A stretch of 64,000 nt of DNA from Eledone cirrhosa (GCA_964016885.1 OZ024749.1:47616001-47680000), one strand, 5' to 3'. Positions 27,319 through 42,600 are shown, counted from the first letter of the stretch. The notes: generated from the letters alone by a model not told the origin. Translations and numbers: made by a program.

Positions 27319-27350
<32 letters not shown>

Positions 27351-27351
27351 C

Positions 27352-27424
<73 letters not shown>

Positions 27425-27458
27425 TATATATTTATATATATATATACACATATATATA

Positions 27459-27538
<80 letters not shown>

Positions 27539-27630
27539 CACACACATATACATATATATATATATATACACACACATATACATATATATATATATATATA
27601 TCTATATACACACATATATATATATACATA

Positions 27631-27710
<80 letters not shown>
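27110..27710. repeat. 600-bp compound (TA)n with higher-order interruptions
   Basis: Recurring cacatatatatatatttata and tacatatatatatataaata units. Confidence 0.95.
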
Positions 27711-27713
<3 letters not shown>

Positions 27714-29599
27714 CATATACACATACTGAGATTGAGAGAAAGTACGAGAAAACGGAAGGTAAAAAGGGGTTGCAATAATTAAACGTAATATATTCTCAAA
27801 TTCAAAAGACAAAATAAACATTAAACAAGCATATCTCTTTTATAGTCTCTCTTGTTTTCAAATAATCCTATGCTGTTACTTTCGTTTGACTCAGATCTTT
27901 TTTGCTAGCATATCCGCTTGTTTTCCTTTTGCCTAGATTGCGTTTAGGGGTTATCTATAATTGAATTTACATGTATGAAATAATATTAAATATTTTTGTC
28001 GGTTTTTTGTGAATATTGCAATTCAATTAATATTGTCGGTCCTTATATTTAGTTTTTAGTAATTTTCAATTATTATATCTAAGCGCAATTCTTTATAAAA
28101 TGTGATTAATATTTCGTGGGTTAAAAATGTGAGTTACTTGAATATTGATCTTGCTGTACTCTAATCTAATATTATAGCTTCTACTTTAACGAATTCCTCA
28201 TCAACAGCATTCTTTGCAGCACCACATCTTCCACATCCTCACCGGGCAACTTAAATCTTAATACTGTCTAAATTTAATGTGGATATATTCATCCATATGG
28301 GGCATATCTATTTTATCAATATTAATTCAAAATCAAAATCAAATGGAGGGAAGAAGTGAAATATATTTACCAGACAAATAAAATTTAAATAGTCAGGTTT
28401 ATCCTATGTAATAAAAAAACTGATTAATACATAATTTTTTTATAACAATATTTATTCTTATGACACACAAATACAGATAAATTAATTTAAAATATATTTT
28501 GTAATTAAATACCTTGTTGAACTATCTAGTTATCAATTATTTGGAACTGGGTCGTTCGTGTTGTAGTTTTGACACAAGCAATGCGGACATCTCGTTTTAT
28601 GAACTTTCTAAATGAAATAAAATTTGAAATATTATTTATAGTTTGTGCTATAGGACTGTGGCGTAGAAAGCCGGCTCTCGTATAAAATCTCATTTTCTAT
28701 ATTTGTGAATTTTAAATGCGTGTGCTCAGGTCCAATCTAATAATGAACGATATATATTCAGTAAAATAGAAACACAAATACATGCGTAAAATCACACTTG
28801 TAAGAGCCGCAAATACGTAGAGTAACACTTATACATACACACTTGTAAGTTACTCTTTTATATATTTACAAATAAATATAGCTTATGCGCTTATAATCTT
28901 CATTTCTTTACTTTGCTATAGGTGAAAAATTGAACTAACTATTTTTGTAAACTACAAAATTAAACAAATAAAACATAAATAGATAAATACATACACATAA
29001 ATTGTGTTTCCCCACGGAAATACAAGAAATTTAAAACAACTGCATAACCTTCAAAGATTTCAAATCCTAATTTTCAGAGATTTTCGTTGTTATATTTATG
29101 CTCTCCTTTCATTCATGTATTCTATTTTTTATTCTTTTCTCACAGACTGCCTATTTTGTTTTTCATGGTCTTTTAATTGATATTATTTAAAACAAAAACA
29201 TATATATTTTTTGTGTTTTCATTTTCTGTTATAAACTCGTTTTTCTGAAAGCTTGTCAAATTATTTTCCTTCCCAATTCACATTAATAAAGATAATAATG
29301 AATTATGCTTTTATCTGTTTTCTTTTCTTATTTTATACATTATACATCATAGTTTTTTGTCATTATCGTTTTATCATTTCGGAATTGTTTTATATATGTG
29401 ATTTTATTATCATAAATTTTAGATTTAGATGTGTATTTACTTTTAGTTTTCTTTTTCTAAAGTTCGGTATATTTCTTATTTAAATTTAACTTCATTTCAT
29501 TTACACAAATTATTGATTCGCAACAAGAAAAGCAATCAATATTATAAAGTTGTAGATTACTACTTCTGCAGATTACTAATTCTCGTGAAACTTTCATTA

Positions 29600-29633
29600 A
29601 CTACTCCTACTACTGCTGCTACTGCTGCTGCAG

Positions 29634-29716
<83 letters not shown>

Positions 29717-29799
29717 ACTGATGCTGCAGCTACTACTACAACGACTACTACTACAACTACTACTACTACTACTCCTACTACTACTACTACTAATACTAA

Positions 29800-29883
<84 letters not shown>
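29600..29883. repeat. (TAC)n/(TGC)n microsatellite
   Basis: Direct reading. Confidence 0.95.
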
Positions 29884-29907
29884 GTGCATGCATTATTAAA
29901 AATATTA

Positions 29908-30094
29908 GGCCGTGAATTGGCAGTAGGTAGAGTGTTGGACAGCATGCTTTCTAGCATAATTACGTCCCATTACGGCCTCAGTTCAAATCCCGCCGAGGTT
30001 AACTTTGCCTTTCATCCTCACGGGGTCGATAAAATAAAGTACCAGTAACGCACTGGTTATTTGCTGTCCTTGTGCCAAAAGTAGAACCAATGAT
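29908..30094 (+). mobile_element. SINE (main family)
   Basis: Consensus match. Confidence 0.9.
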
Positions 30095-30176
30095 TACAAA
30101 TACTTTGGGAATGTAGGGAAAATGGTAATCATTATATTTCTACACAGGTAAACAGGAGTTAATAAATAAAGTATGG

Positions 30177-30237
<61 letters not shown>

Positions 30238-30480
30238 CGGAAATAACAACTCGCACGGTAGAATGCATCGGAGAAATATATTTGGTTACAATTTGAAATA
30301 GCAGCAAAGAAGTTTTGACGTTTTGACGCGTATCCTTCATCCGAATATAGAGTTAGTAATAGAAGATAAATAGAAAGAAAAAAATATATAAGTAGGAGGA
30401 ACAGGGGAAAAGGACGTAAAAGTGTAAACTACAAATTGTGAACTCATTACGGGCGTTGAAGTAGACAGAGACTGGAGATG

Positions 30481-30577
<97 letters not shown>

Positions 30578-31140
30578 TAGATATATGTATATATATGGAG
30601 AGAGAGATAGAGAGAGAGAGATAGAGAGGGAGAGAGAGTGAGGGAGAGAGATATAAGAATACATCCATTGGTAGGAAAGGACCCTCTTTCGTAAAATTAT
30701 AAATATCCTTGCGGGGGTAAAATGTTACGATTCACATTGAACATATTTAAAACACTAAATGTTCGACATAAGACAAATTTATTAACGGGCATAAGCTTGT
30801 AGAGTCAAACGTAAAGTTATGTTCATAATGGTGTGCCTTGAACTCAGATATATATATATCAATTTAGGACAAAATCAAATGTGATTAGTATTTTCAAAGT
30901 GCAAAATATTCAAATATAAAACATGATCAGTATCAGTTAAGTTAGGGCCAAATAGGAACATATTTAATAACGACGTAAGTGAGCCCATATATGAACATCT
31001 ATATTAACGACATAACTGAGTCGATATATATATATATATCAATGTTCACATGCCAACACAAGAGCAAGACGATTCATTTTACTGACATGGCTACAATATT
31101 GAGGCTTGTTTGCATAATTGCAAACGAATCAAATGTTATT

Positions 31141-31224
31141 ATTAACTTTGCCTTTCATCCTTCCGGGGTCGATAGAATAAAGTACCAGTAATGCATTGGA
31201 TAATTGCCAAAAGTAGAAACAGTT
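31141..31224 (+). mobile_element. SINE 3' fragment
   Basis: ttaactttgcctttcatccttccggggtcgatag...aaagtagaaac. Confidence 0.85.
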
Positions 31225-31250
31225 ATTAATATTCACAAAACTCAGTTTAC

Positions 31251-31366
<116 letters not shown>

Positions 31367-32119
31367 TGTTCGTTTCCATATCAGTTTTTCTATTGATAAC
31401 GTATCATTCACCTTCGTTTGAATATTGAAATTGGGAGCCTGTAATTAAATGCCAAAATCCTGTAATATATTATATATTCAGTGGCAAAAATAATTATTAA
31501 TATTTATGAGCTATTGTTAATTATATCTCCAAAATTTAGAATTCGATAAAGAAAATTGCATTTTGTTTTGTCATAAAATTTACGAAATGTAAATTTAGAA
31601 TATTCAGATATTGTTTTCTAAATCGTGACCATGGGATTAGAATTTTTAAAGAAACAGAAAAAGAAAATCCAATTTAATTTGCATGTATACTATATATACA
31701 CACACACACTAAGGCTTTTCGTGTAATCTATGGCGAATTGATAGTAAAGAGTAGTATGATTTGCATAAATTCAAACCATAATCATAGACGCAAATGACAT
31801 CATTCTCCTATTCAAAGTCATTGCGATTGTTATAATGTTTACCTTTAAACAAGAAAAAATAGAGAAGTGGAATACGAGACGAAAGAGATTAATAAAACTT
31901 ACGTACAATTCTTCACGCATCCTGTCTCATGCAAACTGAGTTCATATAGCGTGGAGGAAAAGTGTTTCAGTCGTCCTAATAGTTGGATTGCATTTGCAGC
32001 GACGTAATATTGTCCCGTTCCTTGGAAGTCAATCTTTCCAAATAATAAAATCGAAGTAAACACTGATGAATCATGTATTAGACAAACACACACACACACA
32101 TACACACATACACGCACAT

Positions 32120-32188
<69 letters not shown>

Positions 32189-32190
<2 letters not shown>

Positions 32191-32282
32191 AGTAAGTAAT
32201 ACCCCGACGGCTGAGCTCAAGCCGTTTCGACGGCTAATTCTGTACTGGTCCACCTGGTTCCTTACCACTTTTCCCTCGCTAT
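32189..32282. mobile_element. Short rearranged copy of family K between (TA)n tracts, carrying the 3' half of a hammerhead (minus strand)
   Basis: Reverse complement: aattagccgtc GAAA cggct tgagctc agccg TC gggg; homologous to 62031-62226. Confidence 0.7.
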
Positions 32283-32347
32283 ATATATATACATATATTT
32301 ATTACAGATTAACAGGAGGCATGTACAGGTGTAAATCCTTGAAATGT

Positions 32348-32405
32348 TTATTATGATCATTTCAGTGACCGGGATCAGTATGAATCCGGTGACATCATCA
32401 GGTAA
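32348..32405 (-). ncRNA. Hammerhead (family H)
   Basis: Reverse complement: ttac CTGATGA t gtcaccggat..atcccggtcac t GAAA tgatca TA ataa; palindromic stem III, one mismatch in stem I. Confidence 0.7.
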
Positions 32406-32533
32406 TTCAAAATATAACGAAGGAATAAAACAGGTAAAAATCCATGGTGTTTAAATCAGAGACAGGAGGGCGGCCGTCAACTTAGCAGCTTCTAGCTGCG
32501 TCGACCGCCCAAATATATATATATATATATATA

Positions 32534-32618
<85 letters not shown>

Positions 32619-34009
32619 AGAGATAAAACTTATAAGTAGGAGAGAAGGATTGCATCAAGCAGACAAAGAAATTATTACAAATACATTTGCATATATAGAC
32701 AATAAAAACGCTACGACACCATGTTCTTTGGCCTCAATAATATAGTAAAGGAAATAAGCGCATATTTGATTAATAAGGTAACCATATATTCATTCAAAAT
32801 CATATGAACCGCTAGATCGATTATTTCATTTAAACATTTCATGACATTTTCTCCACCATTTACATCTTTCGCATTTCAATTTTTATTCGAGTTTTAACCA
32901 AAGTTCAATGGAAATTGTTGTTCATTTTGACATAGTTTTTTCACTAATATTTTTCTTTCCGGGGGATTTTTGCTATTGAAATAATTTTTATCCGTTCTTC
33001 ACATGAATTTGTCTGAAAGTTGTTGTTTTTTTTCATTTCTCGCTTTTTGCAGATTTCTTTCTTTTTATCTAATTAACCTTTTTGAATAAAACACAAGAGA
33101 GATTTTTCTTCTTGTTTGTCTTTAGTTCAGAATAGTTTTAGTCTTTACTGAAAATATCTTCAATATCCCGTATGTTTTTTGTATTTTTAAGTTTTTGTAA
33201 TGTTGTTTGTTTGGAGAAGTTAAATTAACGAGAGAGAAAAATCAAAGAACTATATTTTCCATGAAAACTCTATTTACAATCTCATAAAAAATAAAATAAA
33301 AATAAATTAAATCAATTATAAAGATCACCCACATATTCCGCAGGAATGGAAAGTAATAGAAAGCCATATCAACGTGAATCGTAGTACTTGAATTTAAAAA
33401 CTACAGTCGAAGTTCAGTTTTATCGAAATGTTATCTTACTTCATTTTCTTTTCCTTCAGTATTCTTCTATATTCATTAGGATAAAGATAGCGTTTGTTTA
33501 TTTCTTTGTTTTTATTTTAAAATCACTTGCCATTTAATTCTGTATGCCCATGCCAATGTCTGTGTGTCTAATAGTGCGTATTAATATATTTTAGTGAATG
33601 TGCTCTATCCTTCATTATTAGTGTAAGTGCACACAATATTATCATTTAGCAAATAATTTTGTGACACTCTAAAGTATGTATATGTGCTTATTATTCCGAG
33701 TGTTTCTTGTGTACGCCTGTTTTAATTCTTTTAATATTTCGTTCTCCTAATCCTAATCATTTCTGGAGAAATATTTATTTTATATCTTTTATTTTAGCCA
33801 TATTTTTATTGAAAAAAATATTGTTTATGCCTCCAATTATTTCTCAAATTTTATAACTCCATTTTATTTTTCATATTTTAAATTTTAGAATATCACAAAA
33901 CTCTTTTTATTCTATTTCATTCCGGTAGAATTTCTATGCCATTTGAATATGTAGAGTCTATTTCAATTGATATGTATTATTAGTAGGAGCAACCAGAAGC
34001 AGCATGATG

Positions 34010-34081
<72 letters not shown>

Positions 34082-34082
<1 letters not shown>

Positions 34083-34303
34083 GGAAACCCGCGTATAGGA
34101 GAAATACAAAAGATAGTACTAATGGGAACTGCCCATATACTAAGGAAGATCCTGTCAATATAAGTACATCACAAGTCTAAACACTAAGGATGCATGTGTG
34201 AATATGTGTGTTCTTTCTTGAACATGGCGGACCTTGTTGTCTCTTGAGGTCACTGGTTGTGACTTGGTGATAACTCGTATAAACATAAAGCAAGATAAAT
34301 GCA

Positions 34304-34305
<2 letters not shown>
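34082..34305 (+). mobile_element. R4/Dong family A 3' stub
   Basis: GNPRIGEIQKIVLMGTAHILRKILSI* plus 3'UTR; (TAA)n on both sides. Confidence 0.9.
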
Positions 34306-34366
<61 letters not shown>

Positions 34367-34370
34367 AAGA

Positions 34371-35284
34371 AGAAATGGCAAGAAAAGCCTCTGTATGGAA
34401 AATACCCAGAGCGAGCTAACAATCCTGATGTTGACAAAACTTTAACCCATCAGTGGTTGGCATCCTCTGCACTGAAATCGGAGACTGAAGGACTGATTAT
34501 ATCGGCACAAGATCAGTGTCTGCCAACAAAAAATTACCAAGCCAACATAATAAAAGATGGGTGCAGCCCATTATGCCGTGTATGCAAAAAACAACCAGAG
34601 ACCATTGACCATATAATTTCAATGTGCAGTCCTATAGCTCCAACCGAATACCTAAAAAGGCATGCCAGAGCTGCACAACACATACATTGGATAATGTGTA
34701 AGCATTTTGACATGCCCCATCAAAAGAATTGGTGGGAGCATCAGCCACCTCTCATACTTGAAAAAGATCACATCTCAATCTTGTGGAACTTTAGCATCCA
34801 AACAGACCGAAAAATAGATGCAAACATACCTGATATAATATTGAAAGACTTTCAAAAGAGGGTATGCCTGCTAATTGATATGTCTGTTCCAATAGACAAG
34901 AATGTATCCATAAAAAACATTTGAAAAATTGAGCAAGTATATGGACCTGGAGATAGAAATTTGAAAAATGTGGAAATTGAGAACTAAAACAATACCAGTG
35001 GTTGTAGGCGCTCTGGGAATGATACCTAAGGGGTCTAATGATTACTTATCGCAAATCCCAGGAAACCTGCGTATAGGAGAAATACAAACGATATTACAAA
35101 TGAGAACTGCCCATATACTAAGGAAGATTCTGTCAATATAAGTACATCACAGGTCTAAACACTAAAGATGCATGTGTGAATATGTATGTTCTTTCTTGAA
35201 CATGGCGGACCTTGTTGTCTCTTGAGGTCACTGGTTGTGACTTGGTGATAACTCGTATGAACATAAAGCAAGAGAAATGCAACT

Positions 35285-35287
<3 letters not shown>
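34371..35287 (+). mobile_element. R4/Dong family A, 5'-truncated
   Basis: ORF 34457-34924 has a CCHC finger (CRVC..HIISMC) and a PD..D endonuclease motif; frameshift near 34920; (TAA)n tail. Confidence 0.92.
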
Positions 35288-35333
<46 letters not shown>

Positions 35334-35342
35334 AAATAATAA

Positions 35343-38300
35343 ATGATAAATAATAAACTAAATACTGCTGGTGCCGGAGGAAGAAGAAGGAAAGGGACCA
35401 GAACCAAATGGACGAAAGAATTGAATATAACTGTTATGCAATGTTACCTGAAGAGTAACCCCAAGGAAAAAGGCTATAGGAAACGGATGCATAACATCTG
35501 GAACGAGATTGGTCTATTTAAATTAGATGAATAAAAATTGGCCGGATAAGCGAGCTGGAACTGGAGGAACTGAGCAGAGAGATTGGGTAGGAAATGGAGA
35601 GTGGAGTATGTCAGGCAAATGAGCCAGTGGGAAATGAAGGTGAAGAGGTTGAGAGAACGGAGGAACCATCCGAAGCAGACAATGATCTGAATGCTGAAAT
35701 AAATATATACCTGGAACAAAGATACGGCCATTGAGGAGATGAATGCTGACGGGCTAGGCCAAGATTTGGTTGATATCCTAAACTTAGTGGTAGATGAAAT
35801 TAACAATGATAGTGGGAAACCTATGAACCTAATATTTGTAGACAGGGAAAAGTTAAAAGAAACAACAGCTAAGGTAAGCAAAGTCATCCCATACCTTGAG
35901 GCGAGGAGCCTTCACCAGTGCAACAATATCCTCAAAGCAACAGCAATTGCGGTGAGGAAATTACTTGGCATAAAAGCGAGAGGAAACAACAAAGAAGAAA
36001 GATCAGAACATGGGTGGAAGAAACGACTGAATGATCAAATCAGGGAAATGAGAAATGACATTGGAAAGCTTGAGTTCCTACTGAATGAGACACTAAAACA
36101 CATAGACACTAAAAATGGACTGGAAATAAAGTACAAAACTAGGAGGAAAAGGCTAAATATTACCATAGAGGAACTGAAGCAACGCATTGTAGCAAAGAGT
36201 GAAAACATTAGGCGATACGAGAGCAGAGTCAGTCAGTATAGACAGAACCGCATATCTGACAACAACCAGATCTTGTTTGGACAGCTTGAAGGGAAAGAAA
36301 GAAGCAACGACTTCATCCCTGAGGCGGAACAAACTAAGACATTCTGGAGAGGAATATGGGAGCAGGATGTTAAACATAATAACCAGGCAGTGTGGATTGA
36401 GACAGTACAAAAGGAGATTAGTGAACAGGCACACCAACAAACTGATTTGAGTATCAGAGTTGAAACTCTCAAGGGGCGGGCAAAAAGACTAACCAACTGG
36501 AAATCACCAGGCCCAGATGGGGTGCAGGGGTATTGGATTACAAATGTTAACATCCCTCCACCCAAACTGACAACCATGTTCAATGACTCCTTGATGTCAG
36601 GTGAGGTACCAGAGTGGTTGACAAAAAGGTACCACAGTTCTGGTATGAAAGACCGAATCAAGGGTAATGATGTTACCAACTATAGACCTATCACATGTCT
36701 GGCCGTAATGTGGAAACTGTTGACAAGCATTGTGTCTGAGGAAATCTACCATCACCTCCACACAAACAACTTGTTCCCGGACGAACAGAAAGGATGCCGA
36801 AAGAGGTCCCGTGGTACAAAGGACCAATTACTTATTGATAAGATGGTAATGAGGAATTGCAAGAGGAGACACACTGGTCTTGCCATGGGATGGATATACT
36901 ACAAAAAGGCATTTGACATAGTGCGTCATTCTTGGATCACCAAAACCTAGAGATCTTCAAGGTGGCAGATAACACCAAACAGTTATTGAGCAAAATTATG
37001 AAGTCCTGGAAAACAGAGTTAACATCAGCTGGAGAATCCTTGGGAGGCGTGAAGATCAAGAGAGGTATCTTCCATGGAGATAGTCTGTCCCCTCTGTTGT
37101 TTGTCCTTGCCCTGATGCCCCTGACCATTATACTGCGAAAAGTGAGAGCAGGATACAAGTTGGGAAAGGGAGAGCTTACCATCAATCACCTCCTCTGCAT
37201 GCACGATCTTAAGCTCTTCGGGAAGAGTGAGAAGGAGTTGGATATGATTGTTGACACTGTTCGTATTTTCAGCAATGATATATGTATGCAATTTGGTATT
37301 AGTAAGTGTGGAGTCCTTGTGATGAAGAGGGGTAAATTGAGCAGAAGCAACGGAATCCAGGTACCAACAGGTGATAGGATAAAGGAAATTGACACTGAAG
37401 AAAGATACACACATGTTGGTGTTCTGGAGGCAGATGACATCAAGAACAAAAGAAATGAAGGAATTGGTAAGATCTTAGTACATTAGGAGAGTAAGGAGCG
37501 TATTAACATCACATCTAAAAAGTAGGAATGTCATAAGTGCAGTGAATTCCCGAGCTGTGTCTATTATTAGGTACAGTGCGGGAATTCTGAAATGGAATGT
37601 TACTGAACAAAAAGAAATGGATAGGAAGAATAGGAAGCTATTGACTATATACAACATGTTCCACAAGAGGAGTGATGTCGATAGACACTACTTAAAGAGA
37701 TCTGAAGGTAGAAGAGCTCTTATCAGCATAGAGGAATGTGTTCAGATGGAGAAAAGCAACCTGTACACATACGTGACTGACAGTAGGGAGACAATGCTTA
37801 ACATTGTACTGAAGGAGAAGGCAATAGAATAGGTGATGTCCAAGGTGGATATAACAAGAGCAACCTTCTTGAAAAATCCCTTCATAGTACCTTCTATAAC
37901 AAAACTGAATTTAGAGGTCCACAGACATGGAACTGGTTAAAAAAGAGGATACCCTAAAAGGAATGATAATGGCTGCGCAAGAGCAGGCCCTCAGAACGGA
38001 GTGGGTGAAACACCATATTTACAAGGAGGAGGCTAGCCCACTGTGTAGGATCTGTGGAGAGAGAGAGGAGACTGTGGCTCACATTGTATCCGTGTGTAAA
38101 CACCTAGCCCAGACACACTATAAAGGCTGGAGACACGATGTGATGGGCAGGGTGATCCACTGGCCCCTATGAAAAGTAAACAATTTACCACATTCTGAGA
38201 CGTCGTATGAGCATAAACCAGAGTCGGTGATAGAAAACGATTAGGTAAAGTTGCTATGGGATTTTAGGATACAGACGGACAATAAATTAGAACATAATAG

Positions 38301-38663
38301 GCCTAACCTGGTGTTTTTGGACAAGGGAAAGAGAACGTTATTGATTGAGTGCAAGAGAAGGAGAGGGAGAAAATTAACCGATACCAGGATTTAAAGTGGG
38401 AGGTAAAAAGGATTTGGAACTGTCATGAAGTCAGAATCGTTCCGATTGTCATAGGCGCACTAGGTACTATCTCAAAGAGGTTCCAATGATGGTTAAAGTA
38501 ATTAGTACAGCCCCGCTTTTTGGAACACTTCAAGAGGCTTGCTTGCTGGGAACAGCAATAATCCTCCGATACGTCCTGAATATCTGAGGCTGCAGGTAGC
38601 GGCTTGATTTTTATTTTAACAAACTTTCCAATTAAATAACATCAATGACTGAGACTCAAAAAT

Positions 38664-38665
<2 letters not shown>
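35343..38665 (+). mobile_element. Near full-length decayed R4/Dong-clade non-LTR retrotransposon, family B
   Basis: N-terminal KWTKELN..VMQCY..GYRKRMHNIW (Myb-like); RT motifs NWKSPGPDG, NYRPITCL, EQKGCR, KKAFDIV.HSW, RGIFHGDSLSPLLF, HLLCMHDLKLF (catalytic YMDD lost); CRIC..HIVSVC; endonuclease; several stops and frameshifts; (TAA)n at both ends. Confidence 0.93.
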
Positions 38666-38711
<46 letters not shown>

Positions 38712-38714
<3 letters not shown>

Positions 38715-39199
38715 TGTTTCTACATTTGGCACAAGGCCAGCAATTATCCAGTACGTGACTGGTTCTTTATTTTATCGACACCGTAAGGATGAAAGGCAAA
38801 ATTGACCTCGGCGGGATTTAATAATAATAATAATAATAATAATAATTGTGTCTACTTTTGGCACAAGGCCAGCAATTATCCAGTGCATTACTGGTACTTT
38901 ATTTTATCGACCATAAATAACCTTAAAGGACCGTAACCCTATGCTGCAAGCATGGTGTCCCACTCTCTACCGATACTGCCAGTTCACCAACAATACTTCT
39001 TATAATAATAATTGTTTCTACTTTTGGCACAAGGCTAGCAATTACCCAATGCATTACTGGTAGTTTACTTTATCGAACCCGTAAGGATGAAAATGCAAAG
39101 TAAACCTCGGCGGGATTTGAACTCAGAATGGCAAGGACCGTAACTCTATGCGTCAAAGCATGGCGTCCCACCCTCTACCGATATTGCCAATCCACCGCC
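38712..39199 (-). mobile_element. Three stacked SINE copies (38712-38819, 38843-38988, 39009-39199)
   Basis: Consensus matches separated by (TAA)n. Confidence 0.9.
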
Positions 39200-39216
39200 A
39201 ATAATAATAATAATAT

Positions 39217-39358
39217 TTTGGAACTGCTAGGATGTTACGTAAAGTTTAGATACAACCTGAAAGGAGGGAAACAGCGTCATGATAACTAAGACTACTAGAA
39301 GTATCCAGCTGTCTTGCACGAGCCAGGAAACAAGATCAACGCTGTGGTAGGATGTGAT
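39217..39358 (+). mobile_element. 3' stub of a third R4/Dong-like family
   Basis: gga act gct agg atg tta cgt aaa gtt = GTARMLRKV, then a distinct 3'UTR, between TAA repeats. Confidence 0.6.
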
Positions 39359-39447
39359 AATAATGGTAATGCGAAGAAGAAATATAAGAAGACCAAATTA
39401 GAACATGTATACTAACGGTTATGTTGTCCAGTTCATCACACAAATAT

Positions 39448-39631
39448 AATTGTTTCTACGTTTGGCACAAGGACAGCAATTATACCAGTATATTACTGGT
39501 ACTTTATTTTATCGACCCCGTAAGGATGAAAGGGAAAGTTAACCTTGGCGGGATTTGAACTCAGATCGTAAAGGGACATAACTACGCTGGAAAGCATGTC
39601 CGACACTCTACCGATACTGCCAATTCACCGC
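39448..39631 (-). mobile_element. SINE with a 14-bp target-site duplication
   Basis: cacacaaatataat at 39437-39450 and 39631-39644. Confidence 0.9.
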
Positions 39632-42600
39632 ACACAAATATAATGCCTTTATTTATGGATACATGGGTAAGTTCTGAAATTCATATATTGATGTCATTAT
39701 GAAATCCTACCTTTGATTAAGACTGCTCCCTTACTCCCCACCAGTTAACACTTAATAGTAAGTGGTCACAGTGGTACTTTACTTTCAAAACTCTTCCCCA
39801 TTCGAACATGGTATATTCAATATGCACGAAACTGTCATGGCTAAATGACTCTTCAAAGCACTCTATCTTATAAGCGCTACACTGTGATAAATAGTAAACA
39901 TAAATAATCTGTCTCTGTGGATTACAGTCATAATGTGAAAGCGAAAAAAAACTTTTAAACTTTTAGACTTTTAATTATAGGATGTAATGTAGATTTCGAT
40001 TAGTTTAGGTTCATTGTTGCCTGGAATATATTACAGGAATCTTATTCCAGTAGTAATATCCTTAAGACACGACACTTGTCAACAATTATGTCACGCTACT
40101 AGGCAATCGGCCGAGTAATTACATGTTATTTTATATTTTATATCATGTTCAAATTATGTGTTAGCTGAACACAATATAACCCACCCATTCCCGAAACAAA
40201 ACTGCTAGGTTACTCAATGATTGACGGCTAAATTGCTTCTGAAATTAAATAATGCCAACATTATTTTATGAAAAAAATGCCGTTATTTTATCTGCTTAAC
40301 AATTCATCCCAAAACAAGGAAGAAATAATTAGAAGAAAAAATACTGAATGTAATGTCATCAATGAGGTTAGCGTAGGTTCTATTTATTGTAAAAATATGT
40401 GACCCATACTTTGCTCATATTACAAACACAACGCCGTAGAAACAAATGTGTCAGTAAATCAATATCTGACCGACGATAATCTATACTGGTGAAGAAGATT
40501 AAATCATAATTAAAATTTGAAATAATTGATATCACTATGCCTGCATGTATGTGTATATGTGTGTTTTTGCGTGTGCGTGTGTGCACTAATGTAATACAGT
40601 ACAATATTATTAGAGCCATCATTTTCCCATAAATCTCATTATAAACAAATCTGTATATTCAAAATACATATATACTAATAATTAAATGGATATCCATAAA
40701 GTGCATTAATGGGTTATAGATGATTAACCATATATCATTCTTCCTATCTTTATTAGTTCAATGAATTGCTTCACATGAATTAAGTGAATATCAACCCATA
40801 GACTTTTGTACATTATAGAGCAATTTCGTTTGTTTTTACCTGTGTGGAAAATAACATTGATCATGTATATTACATAAGTTATTCCGTTAGCGTCAGCAAT
40901 CTATTATTTATTAATTTACTTGTGGAATATATAAATATTACCAGCCTAACCTGTGATAGGTTGAAAGGATGTAAGGGACATAAATAATAGCGACAAAGTG
41001 TGAAAGATGTTAAATAGATTAGTTCTCTTCCCTTGCATTTTTTTTTTGCTAACATTGCTCCACATATATAACGTTGTCCTTTGACTTAAGAAGTGTTTGC
41101 TGGATGGAAACGGAACGGATTGCCGGATTGAGGTACTAATTCTAATTTAACTTTTAGTTCTATTTTGTACAAATTAATTTCCAATTCTTATCTATTTTAA
41201 TGACTGAGAGTAACTTAATTTAGGAATGGTGAATATTTACATGTCTTATGACATTGATTTTTGAAGTCTAGCTTTGGGTAGATTATTTTGATTATTATAC
41301 TGTTACTTTTTAATTTGATGACTGAATGTAAATCATTACTCTTCCTTATGGTTGGATCACTATATACTATATCGGTATCTGATGTTTCTTGTACAGTAAG
41401 TAATTGTGTAGTAATCAATCTTGAGCATATATGTTTACTCTATTAATCACTTACCTGTTCCAGACATACAGCTGGGGCCATGCTGGGACTTGATTTTATT
41501 ATAAATGCCATTATGAGAAAAGAAAATGCTAATCGTATTCTATATAGTTTTCAATGTTAATCAATTAAGCTTCAAAATAGAGAGAAAGATGTCCTGCAAC
41601 AGATTTGTAGAGAGTCACATAGATAATATTTTCTGCAAAACAAATGTTCATTAAATATTGATATAGGTTTTACCCTTTAGCTTAGTGAGCAATTATTATA
41701 CGTTGCGCCAACGCCCATCGACACTACATACAACACAAGCTGCTTCGAACTCAATTATTGTCATCTGAAACTATAATTACGGTAGAAGTACTATGCTTAT
41801 ATTATAACGTTTTTTTCTTCATTGAATATTCCAGAACTAGACGCTATGGAAGGCATTCTTAAATAATTTCAGATCGATAAAGGCTTCACAATTGCTCTTA
41901 ACCGATAACGGACTGTTTGGCCACGTTAGATAGAATGATATTATCTCCTAAAATACAACAAGTGCTACTAAACAATATTAGAGATGAAAAAATAAAGTTA
42001 ACAAATAATAGTGGAAATTTATAAAGTAGAAATACATGAACAAATATGATGGGGAACAATTGATGTTCAGAGATTAACAGTATGGTATGGTTAGTACAAT
42101 TATTTCCTGATATTTCCTTTGCGGTGGTTTGCTGTAATGATGAATGTTGTTGTATAATGCGAGCTGGTCGAGCGTAATAGAATGGGATTTCGAGCCGACA
42201 CTATTAATTAGATGGATACAATGATAAATTAAACACAAATTATCCTCAGACAACTAGAAGCAGACACATTTATATTCAGCCACCATGAACTTAGAGGCAG
42301 ATGCATAGCCGTTCAATCACACGCATTATGCAACACAGAAAATGTATATGCATACACATAAGATAATTGAGAGCATTTAATCGAGCATTTCCTTTTCTTT
42401 TTTTAACATCCTATTCTGTAGATAGTAAACCATATTCATAATTCATTCCATGCTGACACGCCTGCCAAAGACATTGCTTGGCAGAATGTTTAGTACAATT
42501 AATCAAAGGAAAATCATAATCACGCTTAGAATACCCGTTGGCAAACTAAAATCGATAAGAATAATAATGTAATTAATAAAGGATGACAGATATTTTTGAA

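Noticed and set aside
36153-37666. Minus-strand and alternate-frame ORFs over the LINE
   Set aside because: They are shadow ORFs of the RT coding strand.
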